A DNA stretch of 64,000 bases from the NCBI RefSeq assembly GCF_018977255.1, contig NW_024704743.1, forward strand, positions 48,238,001 to 48,302,000. The letters run 5' to 3'. Source of the DNA: Callorhinchus milii. Its lineage: Eukaryota. The notes beneath the pieces are model-generated. The model was given only the letters and a program-made list of their open reading frames with translations. It had not been told where the DNA came from and did not search any database. Shown here in pieces: positions 41,484 through 53,231 of the stretch (the first letter of the stretch is position 1; every line of letters begins with the position of its first letter). The position numbers were made by a program, and so were the translations under genes.

Positions 41484-41826
41484 GGAGTCCTGTAGCTTAG
41501 TGGTTAGAGCACTTGCCTTGCAAGTTCAATTGCCTAGGTTCAATTCCTGGGCAGGACGAAATGTTGGGCAAGTTTCCTTACTCCACACGTCTCTGTTTAC
41601 CAAGCAGTAAGTAGGAAGCCAGCTGTTAGTCGATTGGTGGATCGTTTTTCTGGGTCAAAAAATAATAATTTGGTCACTCAATCCACAACTGTTTGTGGGA
41701 CACTGCTGTGCATAATTGGCTGTCACATTTCATCCACAAAATATACAATCAATTCACTTTACAGTATATTCTGTGAAGCGCTTTAAGACATCTCAAAGAC
41801 ATGATAAGGCGCTATATCAAATGCAA
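41484..41826 (+). mobile_element. Long-subfamily SINE, fused head-to-tail to the next copy
   Basis: Runs from head ggagtcctgtagc to ...gctatatcaaatgcaa with no (TTA)n tail. Confidence 0.9.
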
Positions 41827-42143
41827 GGAGTCCTGTAGCTCAGTGGTTAGAGCACTCGCCTTGCAAGCGAGACACCTAGGTTCAATTCCAGGCAGGGCGA
41901 AACCTTGGGCAAGTTTCCTTACTCCACACGCCTAATAATAATCCCTCCAAAACAAAACAATAATAAATTGGTCATTTTCAATCCATGACTGTTTGTGGGA
42001 CACTGCTGTGCGCAATTGGCTGACGCGTTCGCCCACAAATATACAGTCAATTCACTTTACAGTATATTCTGTCAACCGCTTTGGGACGTCTAGAAGATGT
42101 AAAAAGCACTATATCAAATGCAAGGATTATTTTTATTATTATT
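41827..42143 (+). mobile_element. Short-subfamily SINE, full length
   Basis: Complete head, body and tail. Confidence 0.93.
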
Positions 42144-42247
42144 ATGGTTGAGATCCATGATGGGTTAAGGTAGGTTTTGGGATACAAAACAAATTTACAT
42201 TTATATAGCTCCTTTCACACTCGTGATAATGTCCCAAGGCGCTCAAT

Positions 42248-42585
42248 GGAGTCCTGTAGCTCAGTGGTTAGAGCAGCACTCGATTTGCAAGCGAGACACC
42301 TGGGTTCAATTCCAGGCAGGGCGAAACCTTGGACAAGTTTCCTTATTCCACACGCCTAATAATAATCCCTCCAAAACAAAACAATAATAAATTGGTCATT
42401 TTCAATCCACGACTGTTTGTGGGACACTGCTGTGCCCAATTGGCTGCCGCGTTTCACCCACAAATACACGGTCAATTCACTTTACAGCATATTCTGTGTA
42501 GCGCTATGAGATGTCGAGAAGACATGAAAAGCGCTATATCAAATGCAAAGATTATTACTATTATCATTATTATATTATTATAATA
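42248..42585 (+). mobile_element. Short-subfamily SINE inserted into a minus-strand L2 3' end
   Basis: Complete copy. L2 tail sequence lies on both sides (~42190-42245 and ~42590-42730). Confidence 0.88.
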
Positions 42586-43261
42586 TTACTGGCTTGACAC
42601 CCAGCTGGGTGTGGGAGCCAAGGGGTTGGGGAAGGGAAAGATGACCAAAAGTGTCGTCAAATAGGTAGGTCTTAAGGCAGACCTTGAATGAGGTGAACGA
42701 GGGGAGCGAGTCAGAGGGACTCTGGGATGGAATACTATGGATGGAATGGGATTGATGGGCTGAATGGCCTTTCCTCGGCCCTTGTTTTTCTATGCTTTTA
42801 GCAGCAAATTATTTGTCTTCCCTCCATCCTCCCACTCCGTGGCCAGGTATTTAGCAATTACAATGAAAAAATTGCAAAGAGAAACCTCATCATGGATGGG
42901 AGGGGATGAGGACCAGGTGAAGCTCCACAAAGACAGGTTGTAGCCAATCAGAATCTGGGGCAGCCAGAATCCAACCAATAAGAAACGTACAGGTGAGGGA
43001 GCGGGGGGGGGGGGTGGATCGAAGCGTCCAATCAGCGCCCAGAATGCAACCCCATCGCGAACTGACCAATCGGGGAAAGCAGCGAGAGTAGCGATCCAAT
43101 CAGAAGCGTGCGAGGGCAGGGCCGGCAACCAACCGCTGTTCCCTCTCCCTCGCCGCACGCGTCCGACACCGCGCAGCCGCAGTGAGCGTCCGCCGCGAGT
43201 CGGCGCTGACTTCCGCACGGGCGGCGCAGGCGCACGCGCGGCGGGTGGCGGTTGGCGGATG

Positions 43262-43285
43262 GTGTGTGTGTTGTGTGTGTGTGTG
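43262..43285 (+). repeat. Interrupted (GT)n microsatellite upstream of the SKAP2 start codon
   Basis: gtgtgtgtgttgtgtgtgtgtgtg read directly. Confidence 0.95.
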
Positions 43286-43319
43286 AGGGACGCTCGAGCC
43301 CGGGGGCGGGGGGTTGAAG

Positions 43320-43359
43320 ATGGAGAGTCTCCCCGGGGACGTGAGGAGCCTGATCACAG
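43320..43359 (+). CDS. SKAP2: SKAP2 coding exon 1 (MESLPGDVRSLIT + first base of Asp)
   Basis: ATG in strong Kozak context (aagATGG) inside a CpG island, with donor ACAG|gtaaag at 43360. The peptide resembles the SKAP2 N-terminal LPEEIRNLLAD segment. Phase 1 joins exon 2 in frame. Confidence 0.9.
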
Positions 43360-43392
43360 GTAAAGGCCAGATCCCACTTCACACGCTGGTCG

Positions 43393-43420
43393 TCTCTCTC
43401 TGTGTGTGTGTGTGTGTGTG
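43393..43420 (+). repeat. (TC)n(TG)n compound microsatellite at the start of intron 1
   Basis: tctctctctgtgtgtgtgtgtgtgtgtg read directly. Confidence 0.9.
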
Positions 43421-43589
43421 TTTGTTCAAATACGAAACTTTCGCTGTGGTTGGTTTGTCTGTCAGTCAGTGCGAACAGAAAGAGGAAGTTAGACAGAGAG
43501 AGCACCAGCCCCATCTCTCTCTCCCTCTCTCTCTCTCTGCCTTCTCTAAATAAAAGGGGCTTTTCCTTGCACTCCCCTCACCCTCTCGC

Positions 43590-43780
43590 TTCAGGCATCC
43601 TGGACGAGACGTTAAGCCGAGGTCCTGTCTTCTCTGTTCAGGTGGATGTTAAAGATCCCGCGGCGCTACTTGGAAAGGGAAGGGTGTTTCTCGCAGTGTT
43701 CTGGCCAACAATCCCCCCAAATAAAATTGGTCACTTACGCCATGGCTGTTTGTGGGGGTTTTGCTGCGTGCAAACCATCC
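43590..43780 (+). mobile_element. DeuSINE core fragment at the edge of the CpG island in intron 1
   Basis: ggacgagacgttaagccgaggtcctgtcttctctgttcaggtggatgttaaagatcccgcggcgctac aligns with the Deu domain of the 44915 copy. Confidence 0.8.
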
Positions 43781-44189
43781 GCTACGTCCGGACTTGCACT
43801 GGCTGACAGAGCCGGAGTCACATCCCTGGACACACACGACCAGCAGCGTAGCAAGCAGGGTTTCTTGCTCTCCGGGCGCAACTTTGCCTGCCGTCCGATG
43901 GGGCGTGAAGGCTGGTGTTGCACAGCTGGATGCCTTGCACTGAGTGGGAGGGCGATGGAACTGCCACAAAGTTTAGCCTGAGCTCAAAGCCCTGTTTATT
44001 ATCTTTGCATCTCTTCGGGGAGTGATGGTACGACCAAATTGAGACAGTTCTGGTGAAAGTCACAAACAAAATTCTCTCCGTCAGTCATCAGGGCTGCTTG
44101 TCCTCCTCCATCTCTGCTGCCTGACACTGTTGACCACTCCTTCTTTATCATCTCAGACACTCCTCCATGGTTCCCTGAACATCCCTAGT

Positions 44190-44520
44190 TATAATAATAA
44201 TAATAATAATATTCCTTGCATTTGATATAGCGCTTTTCATGTCGGGAGGACGTCCCAAAGCGCTTCACAGAATACACTGTAAAGTGAATTGACTGTATAT
44301 TTGTGGGCGAACGCGGCAGCCAATTGCACACAGCAATGTCCCACAAACAGTCGTAGATTGAAAATGACCAATTTAATTATTGTTTTGGGTTTTGGAGGGA
44401 TTATTATTAGGCTCTGTGTGGAGTAAGGAAACTTGCCCAAGGTTTCGCCCTCTGCCTGGAATTGAACTCAGGTCTCTCGCTTGCAAAGCGAGTGCTCTAA
44501 CCACTGAGCTACAGGACTCC
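44190..44520 (-). mobile_element. Short-subfamily SINE, full length (duplicated copy at 45860-46193)
   Basis: Reverse complement of the consensus, with an intact CTCGC-TTTGCAA-GCGAG arm. Confidence 0.93.
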
Positions 44521-44914
44521 ACTTTATAAGGCAATGAGATATTCTCCCAATGTGAAAGATGCTTTATGGGTGTAAATTATTGTTGGAGACTTTTTGGTTT
44601 TCTCCCCCTCCCTTGATCACATTTGCTTTTTTCCTGCTCCTGGGGTGCAGTGCCACCGGTATCGGTAGTACTCTGCCCAAGTTGTCATTCTGCATATCCA
44701 AGTCCTGACTATAAGTGTCAGCAGGCTATTTTCCTCTGAAGGGCAATACAACCTGATCGAATACTTACTTGACGTGAACACATCGGGCATCATTTAATGA
44801 TCAGGAGCTGGAACCCAGTCTGTTCCCCTTTCTCCCTCTGCTTCCCTGTAATCAGAGAAACTGATACCAATTTTAGTTTCAATTTCAATGTCTAGGCTAC
44901 CGCGGCGCGAGTGT

Positions 44915-45375
44915 GTCAGCTGACGCAGTAGTAGCACTCTCACCTCCTGATTCAGAAGATTGTGGGTTTAAGCCCCACGTCAGGAATTTTAATTGTAAAT
45001 TTTTAGTTTTAAGCTGATAGTTTTCAGCTGATACCCCAATGCAGTGCCGGAGGAATGTTATATTGTCGGAGATGCCGTCCTTTGGATGAGACAATAAACC
45101 AAGGTCCCATTTGCCTGTTCAGGTGAATGTTAAAGATCCCATGTCACTATTTCAAAAAGAAGGGAGTTTCCCTCTCCCGGTATCCTGACCAACAATTCTC
45201 CAAATAAAATTGGTCACTCATTCCATGGCTGTTTGTGGAACATTGCTGGCACAACTGATTGCTGTGCGCAGTTGACTGCTGCATTTCTCCCACAAAATAC
45301 ACAATTAATCCATTTTACTGTATATCCTTTGAAGCTTATCAACAATGTGGTAAGGCGCTGTATCAAATGCAAGCA
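44915..45375 (+). mobile_element. Near full-length DeuSINE (SacSINE1/AmnSINE1-like). Duplicate at ~46588-47048; relics at ~6370-6515, ~10590-10700, ~24640-24880, ~26010-26410 and ~38160-38280
   Basis: tRNA-like head (gtagcactctcacctcctgattcagaagattgtgggtttaagcccc), then the recognisable Deu domain ggatgagac..taaacc.aggtcc...ttcaggtg.atgttaaagatcccatg.cactatttc and an L2-like tail. Confidence 0.8.
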
Positions 45376-48300
45376 TTAATTTATTGCCCTACTACAGCCT
45401 GGCTGAGATAAAGCTAACATAGCACTGTTCAAGATTTGAATCTGCAATCTTCTGGTGAAATGCTACTGTAGATGATGTCCTTACCCATTGGGCCATAATT
45501 TTAAATAAAAGTCAACATTTTAAAAACAATTTTGCTTATTCCTTTATTATTCTGGCTTTATTTTAATTTAAAATATTTAAATCTATTCATACTGTTGAGT
45601 TAGAGGCAACTGGTGAATTTAAAGTTACTCCTGTAAACTTTTTAAATAAACAGTGTTGTTTTGTAAACAAAACTGTATTTGATATGGTTTAAAGATGGTA
45701 CGACCAAATTGAGATAGTTCTGGTGAAAGTCACAAACAAAATTCTCTCCGTCAGTCATCAGGGCTGCTTGTCCTCCTCCATCTCTGCTGCCTGACACTGT
45801 TGACCACTCCTTCTTCATCATCTCAGACACTCCTCCATGGTTCCCTGAACATCCCTAGTTATAATAATAATAATAATAATAATAATCCTTGCATTTGATA
45901 TAGCGCTTTTCATGTCGGGAGGACGTCCCAAAGCGCTTCACAGAATACACTGTAAAGTGAATTGACTGTATATTTGTGGGCGAACGCGGCAGCCAATTGC
46001 ACACAGCAATGTCCCACAAACAGTCGTAGATTGAAAATGACCAATTTAATTATTGTTTTGGGTTTTGGAGGGATTATTATTAGGCTCTGTGTGGAGTAAG
46101 GAAACTTGCCCAAGGTTTCGCCCTCTGCCTGGAATTGAACTCAGGTCTCTCACTTGCAAAGCGAGTGCTCTAACCACTGAGCTACAGGACTCCACTTTAT
46201 AAGGCAATGAGATATTCTCCCAATGTGAAAGATGCTTTATGGGTGTAAATTATTGTTGGAGACTTTTTGGTTTTCTCCCCCTCCCTTGATCACATTTGCT
46301 TTTTTCCTGCTCCTGGGGTGCAGTGCCACCGGTATCGGTAGTACTCTGCCCAAGTTGTCATTCTGCATATCCAAATCCTGACTATAAGTGTCAGCAGGCT
46401 ATTTTCCTCTGAAGGGCAATACAACCTGATCGAATACTTACTTGACGTGAACACATCGGGCATCATTTAATGATCAGGAGCTGGAACCCAGTCTGTTCCC
46501 CTTTCTCCCTCTGCTTCCCTGTAATCAGAGAAACTGATACCAATTTTAGTTTCAATTTCAATGTCTAGGCTACCGCGGCGCGAGTGTGTCAGCTGACGCA
46601 GTAGTAGCACTCTCACCTCCTGATTCAGAAGATTGTGGGTTTAAGCCCCACGTCAGGAATTTTAATTGTAAATTTTTAGTTTTAAGCTGATAGTTTTCAG
46701 CTGATACCCCAATGCAGTGCCGGAGGAATGTTATATTGTCGGAGATGCCGTCCTTTGGATGAGACAATAAACCAAGGTCCCATTTGCCTGTTCAGGTGAA
46801 TGTTAAAGATCCCATGTCACTATTTCAAAAAGAAGGGAGTTTCCCTCTCCCGGTATCCTGACCAACAATTCTCCAAATAAAATTGGTCACTCATTCCATG
46901 GCTGTTTGTGGAACATTGCTGGCACAACTGATTGCTGTGCACAGTTGACTGCTGCATTTCTCCCACAAAATACACAATTAATCCATTTTACTGTATATCC
47001 TTTGAAGCTTATCAACAATGTGGTAAGGCGCTGTATCAAATGCAAGCATTAATTTATTGCCCTACTACAGCCTGGCTGAGATAAAGCTAACATAGCACTG
47101 TTCAAGATTTGAATCTGCAATCTTCTGGTGAAATGCTACTGTAGATGATGTCCTTACCCATTGGGCCATAATTTTAAATAAAAGTCAACATTTTAAAAAC
47201 AATTTTGCTTATTCCTTTATTATTCTGGCTTTATTTTAATTTAAAATATTTAAATCTATTCATACTGTTGAGTTAGAGGCAACTGGTGAATTTAAAGTTA
47301 CTCCTGTAAACTTTTTAAATAAACAGTGTTGTTTTGTAAACAAAACTGTATTTGATATGGTTTAAATATGGTAGGCCAGTGTTTGTTGCCTGTCCCTGGC
47401 TGCTCTGAGAAGATAATAGTGTTTTTTTTAAACTACTGCTGTCCTTGCATGACCACTAGAGTTGGACCAAGTAATTAATTACTATTAACAGAATAAATTG
47501 GATTACATTCACTGTTTTATATGTGACAGAACTGGATTGTAACCGTATGTTTGTAAGTGTTTAGTTCTGCCACTATATCATTAACGTTAGTGATAGCTGC
47601 TCAGGCAACAGGAATAGCTATTATTGTAATATTACTCCCAAAATACTAACAATACAATTCTGAATTAAACTATCAAAACTAATTGTTTATCCAGTTGTCA
47701 AGAGGTATGGTTTTCAACCAGTTGTTTAACAAAGGTTTCAGGCTTTAAATGAACAGATTAGTCCTATATGCGTTTTGTGAGCAAGCGGGATAGGGCTGCT
47801 GATCTGAGTACATCTCAGTAGTTGCTGAAGAATAGTGTGTCAGAATAAATAAAGTGGCATACAGAGAGTTTATCTTTATGACAACTGTGATAAACTCAAG
47901 ATTTCAAAGCTTTGCAGTGAGGAGAGCTGTTGTTATATTGAAGAGAAACCACTTTGGTGCAATATGTGTAGATTCACTGGGACAGCTGTGGATAATTTCC
48001 TGTAAACTCAGATCATATGGAGTGTAGGGAAAATACAAATTATTTAAAAGATTTTGCGTCTATATTTTTAGAGGGTGTTTCTGCCAAACATACGGTAGTA
48101 AACTTGTGAATGTTGCTCATGCTGGGTGATGCCCAGCAAAGTAATTTTAACTTTTTTTTGTAAAAAACAGATTCAAGCTTTACTGTAAAGATCTTTAAAT
48201 AGGATATATCAGATGCACCAAAAAGCTCTTGTTTTGCTAGTTTTTTTTAAAAAAAACTTCAGTTAACTTCCAATTTTAACTTCTAATTTTAACTTCTTTA

Positions 48301-48873
48301 GGCTTGCACTAAAGAATTTTAATTTTATTTTAATGTTAAAATATTTGAAAATTTAGATCAATGTATTGAGGATGGTATTATGCAATGGCAGGTGTTGAGC
48401 TTGATATCAGAACCTCTAGTCAAGAGAGTGAATTACTTGTCTCAACGATACAATACAACAACAACAACTTGCACTTATATAGCGCACTCCATGCTGGGTA
48501 GCATCTCAGTGCACTTATACAAAATACAATACAAAATTACATTATTATAGCGCCTTTCACGTCGGGAGGCCATCCCAAGGTGCTGGACAGTCAGGGATTT
48601 GTATCCGAGCTGGGGGATAGGGGACCGTAGGGCAGGGTTTAAGCAGCAGTTCTCCACCTGCTTCGCAATTCAAAGAATCAGTCATTTCACAGGCTTTTTA
48701 TGAGCTTCACACGATTTTTTTTACTGTAAAGTGTTCTTGTAGCCTAATGAAACAGCTAATTTGCACAGACAACCATGTTCCACAGACAGCCATTAAGTGA
48801 ATCAACAATTTTATCTGGAGGATTGTTGGCCAGGTTATTGGAAGAAGCTCCCTTCTCTTTTTGATAATGCATT

Positions 48874-49205
48874 GGAGTCCTATAGCTCAGTGGTTTGAGT
48901 ATTCATCTCTCAAGTGAGAGACCTGGGTTTGATTTCTGGCAGCGTGAAATGTTGGGCAAGTTTCCTTACTCTACAAGCCTCTGTTTATCTAGCAGTAAGT
49001 AGGAACCTGGTTGTTATTCGATTGGCGGATCACTTTTCATAATTCCTTAAAAACAATTGGTTACTCAATCCACTGTGTGCAATTGGCTGCCGAGTTTCAC
49101 CCACAAAATATACAGTCAATTCACTTTACAGTTGTATGCTGTGAAGCGTTCTGAGACGCCTCAAATACATGATAAGGCACTATATAAAAACAAGAATTAT
49201 TATTA
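48874..49205 (+). mobile_element. Long-subfamily SINE inserted into a minus-strand DeuSINE
   Basis: DeuSINE halves at ~48690-48873 and ~49206-49375 are contiguous once this copy is removed. Confidence 0.85.
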
Positions 49206-51725
49206 TCTTTAGTATCCACCTGACCAGGCAGACGGGATCTTGGTTTAACATTTTATCCAAAGGATAGCACCTTCGACAATGCAGAAGCCCCCAACACTGC
49301 ACTGATTGTCAGCCTAGAATATGAGCTCAAAGTCCAGATATGGTGCTTGAACTCACAACCTTCTTATCCCGAGGCAGACCACAATTCTCAAAACTCTATT
49401 TGTAAAGAAATGAATTAACAGACTCAACATCAAATGCTTTCTTGAGTCTGCTCTACACATTCACTGCTGTGAGGGTGGGGGAGAAAGAGGAGGGAATCTT
49501 TTTAATTTAAAACTAATGCCCTCCAGTTCTGCTCTCAGTCTTGCATCAAATAGCCTGCTTACAACTATGCCTCTCATAATATTAATGACCTAGATCATTC
49601 CCCCCTCAGTGTTTTTTCCCAGCAAAAATTAGTTCAGCTCTCATCTGAAGTGTGCCCGCAGTAGAGCAGAAGGACACTGCACTATGCGAAAATGGTGAGG
49701 AGGAGGGTAAACTAATGGACCAACTAATTACAATCTGTAGTCTAAACATTTAGCTTCTCAAATTATGATGAAAACTGCTTACTATTCATACTATCTATGT
49801 TTTTCTCTAGGCCTTCTGCCAATACTGCTGATTGATAGCAGGCACTTAAGACCTGCCCATCATTTTGTTTTTCTCTCTCCCTCTAAAAAACTTAAGTTCT
49901 GCAGAAAGTCTGAAGTGGTATCAGCAAATGAACTTTTGCAGAGACAAACCTGGAACTGGCACTCCTTCATTTATCACATTGATTTACCAATGTGTGGTGT
50001 CACTGGGTCATCCTCATGTCATTTTAGTTATCCATTTATCAAAATAAGCAAGTTTTTTTTATCTACAGTATTTATTCCAGACATGTTTTTTTTTATCTTC
50101 ACTAATGTAAATGTCTTTTATTTCTGAAATGGTGCACTGAAGTCTCAGGAAAAGCACATTTAGATGTAATGTGTGATCACACCCAGCTGAAGAGTGTGAA
50201 CAGCTCCAGCAGCAGCTTCATAAATAATTAGCCCTTCAACTGCTTGATGTGTGGTATTTACTTCACATTTCTAAATGCTATTAGTATTTGGACCTAAAAT
50301 TACTTCATTCTTGTTTCTTCCTTCTAAGAGTCAACAATGTGTGAATTTAGATTGCAAGATTAATTTATACTTGGGTACTATTTCTAAAAAATGTACCCTA
50401 GATAGCACAAAAATTCATAAATCTTACCCCCCCCCCAATCCGAGAGAACTGAACAAAAGTACAATGGGGTTAGTGGAAGGTATGCAAGATGCAAAATGGT
50501 AATCAGGAAGTAAATCCAGAGAAATATTCAAATACACCAAGGTAGCGGGATAAGGGGGATGTGTTCATGGTTGTGAAAAGCAATATCAGGACAGGCACCA
50601 ATTTATTACTCAAATTGAATACCAACAAAAGTGCTTGAGGCCAGAACTCTAGACTCATTTAAGCAACAACAACAACAACTTGGATTTATATAGCGCCCGC
50701 CACACCGGTCGGCGTCTCAGAGCAATGCTTGGTGCTAAAATAGGAAGATGGTATGATTGGGCTTTTAGAAGGGTGAGGTCAAAGGGCCACCTTCATCTGA
50801 TTCTCTTGTGGTCTTGTGGCATCAATAGGCTCCTTTAGGACCACAACTTGATTGGTTGAGTAGTTGTAGCCGAGTCATTGAGTCACATTCCTCTCACACA
50901 TTACAATACAGCTGAATATTGCTTTTCATTTCTTATTGAATATTATAATTTTTAAGGGTTTTCTTTTTAAAGTATTCAGTCAATGAGAATTCTGGTATTT
51001 CGGTCGGGAGCACAAAAGTAACAATGCTACAAACTAAAACATGTTTGTTTTGAAATGAAGAGGAAGAAAAGCTGCCTGTAAAATGTATGCATATGTCTTG
51101 ATTAAATGTTGCTGCTTATTCCTTGCTGTGTTGCCAAAAACATTGTATCCACATGGGTTGCTGAATATTCTCATTTTGTAGTGAGAATCATTAACTAACA
51201 TAAAGTATCTCTATATTATCTTATCTCTTTGCTATCTCATACTGCTAATGTTGATTTGGTTGGTAAACTGAATTTAATGATAAGAGACTGGCACTGCTTA
51301 TGTGCCCACTAGTTGATCCTATAGCCTTCTGTTTTGCCTTGTGTGTATCATTGTTTCTAATGTGTCATAGGGAAGAATCATTTTGCTGCTATGTAATTTA
51401 CTTACTATTTCATTTCGCCTAAAAGTGCTGACATTTGTTGATGTGGTTCCATAGTCACCCAAGAGCCTTTTGGTACCTTGACCATGTGACTTTTTTTCAT
51501 GAGAGCCTAGTCAGTGAGTGAGAGTCAGTGGGTTATTCAACCTGGAAAGCATCTCAAGATGAGCTATTCTTCAATAAAATGACAGAACAGCAAAAGCCTG
51601 GGAGCAGATTTCTCGCTATACTTTCAGCTAATGGTAGGTTAACTGAAAGAACACAAAAGAGTTTACCTGGGGAGGCATGAAAGCTTAAGTAGGAGAAATA
51701 AATTAAAGTGTAGAAGTTAAGTATA

Positions 51726-52102
51726 GGAGTCTTGTAGCTTAGTGGTTAGAGCCACTCACCTTGCAAGTGAGAGGACCTGGGTTAGATTCCCGGCAGGGTG
51801 AAACGTTGAGCAAGTTTCCTTACTCCACATGCCTCTGTTTACCTAGCAGTAAGTAGGAACGTGGTTGTTAGTCGATTGTCGAATCACTTTTCTGGGGGTA
51901 AGAATTTCTTCAAAATAAATAAATAAAATTGGTCACTTCAATCCATGACTGTTTGTGGGACACTGCTGTGCGCAATTGGCTGCCATGTTTCACCTGCAAA
52001 ATATAGTCGATTCACTTTACAGTATATTCTGTGAAGCGCTTTGGGACTTCTGAAAGATGTGATAAGGCACTATATCAAATGCAAGGATTATTATTATTAT
52101 AT
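51726..52102 (+). mobile_element. Long-subfamily SINE, full length
   Basis: Head, the gcctctgtttacctagcagtaagtagg segment and tail are all present. Confidence 0.92.
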
Positions 52103-53051
52103 TAAGATGTTGGGACCTCTCACAAATCTACCCAGGGCATAAATTAGATAATTTACTTCAGAAGAGAGAAATTCTTGTGAGCTCAGAATACAGATTGAGC
52201 ACTTGGATAATTATGGATATTACTACAGTTTTGACTTCCAAGATATCTGATTAGTAGCATTGAAGATTATTATTCAAATAATGTTTTTAAAGTATTTAAT
52301 AAGTTGACAGTGTATATTAGTCTATTGACTGAACAATAAATCATTCTCAAATACCAGTGTCTTCTATCACAGTATTCTATAATGAAATCCTGTGTTCTTC
52401 ACCAATTGATAGTATTATTTATATGCATGGAAATTGTTAATTTTTAAAAAAAGTTAAATATTAACAACAAATTACATTTACATAGCACCTTTCACATTGG
52501 GAAGATGTCCCAAGGGATTGGACATTCAAGGATTTGCACCCGAGCTGGGGGTTGAAATCCAGATGGGTGAGGGGCAAGAGGGGTGGGGTTGGGAGAGTGA
52601 CCGAAGGCACAATCAAAGAGGAAGTTCTTGAGTTGGACATTGAAGAAGGCAAGGGCAGGGGGAGGCGAAGGGTCTCCGGGATGGAGTTTTAAAGTAAGCG
52701 TCAAATAAAATAATCAATTCAAATCTATTACTGAGTTGTGAGCCTTGAGATGAAATAATTCAAGGATGAGCGAATTTTTCTGAAACAAAACTTCAATCAG
52801 ATTTATTTTTGGGAATTAAGAATTTTGATCTTTAATTTGTCTTTTTTTCTAAATTTGTATTGAAATATGAACATTCATATAACCAATCTGAACAGGCCAT
52901 ATGAATACATAGCCTGAGTGATTTTTATAAGAGCTTTTTCTGTTGCTTTAATGGGTATGATAGATCTTGGTGAATGTTAAACTGTGGTAAAAACTAAACT
53001 CCAGTTTACACTTCCTCTGCACTAATGCTGAAAACCGGTGTGTAATATATA

Positions 53052-53231
53052 CAATAAACTCACTATAACTCGCCACTCCAAAGGAAAGGAGCTCAGTGAC
53101 ACGTTATCCGGAGAGGGAATTTACGTATATATATAAATACATAAATAAATGCAGCTGGGACATTGACAGCATAATGACTTATATGTGGTCATGATGAGTT
53201 AAACCAGGGTCGAGCTATCAGGAGTGAACGG
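53052..53231. mobile_element. Degenerate Tigger-like MITE
   Basis: TA-CAATAAACTCACTATAACTCG ... CGAGCTATCAGGAGTGAACGG-TA form imperfect TIRs with TA flanks. Confidence 0.45.

Larger units (their letters stand above)
42940..43400 (+). promoter_or_regulatory. CpG-island, TATA-less promoter and 5' UTR of SKAP2
   Basis: Sharp GC/CpG enrichment against an AT-rich background. Five same-strand CCAAT boxes (42944, 42975, 43028, 43066, 43096), a G12 run (43003-43014), an ETS motif ACTTCCG (43209-43215) and an NRF1-type GCGCAGGCGCA (43224-43234), directly upstream of exon 1. Confidence 0.88.
44024..47366. repeat. Direct tandem duplication of a ~1.67 kb unit (44024-45693 and 45694-47366)
   Basis: The two copies differ only by a handful of substitutions and one (TAA)n length change. 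The ORF track shows identical ORFs offset by 1673 bp. Confidence 0.97.

Noticed and set aside
1..42900. Hox gene, miRNA or lncRNA gene in the upstream interval
   Set aside because: No homeobox or convincing pre-miRNA was recognised. HoxA linkage is only a synteny inference, and transcripts cannot be seen from sequence.
42790..43981. Cluster of long overlapping ORFs on both strands
   Set aside because: By-product of the stop-poor CpG island and microsatellites. Only 43320-43359 is supported by homology and splice signals.
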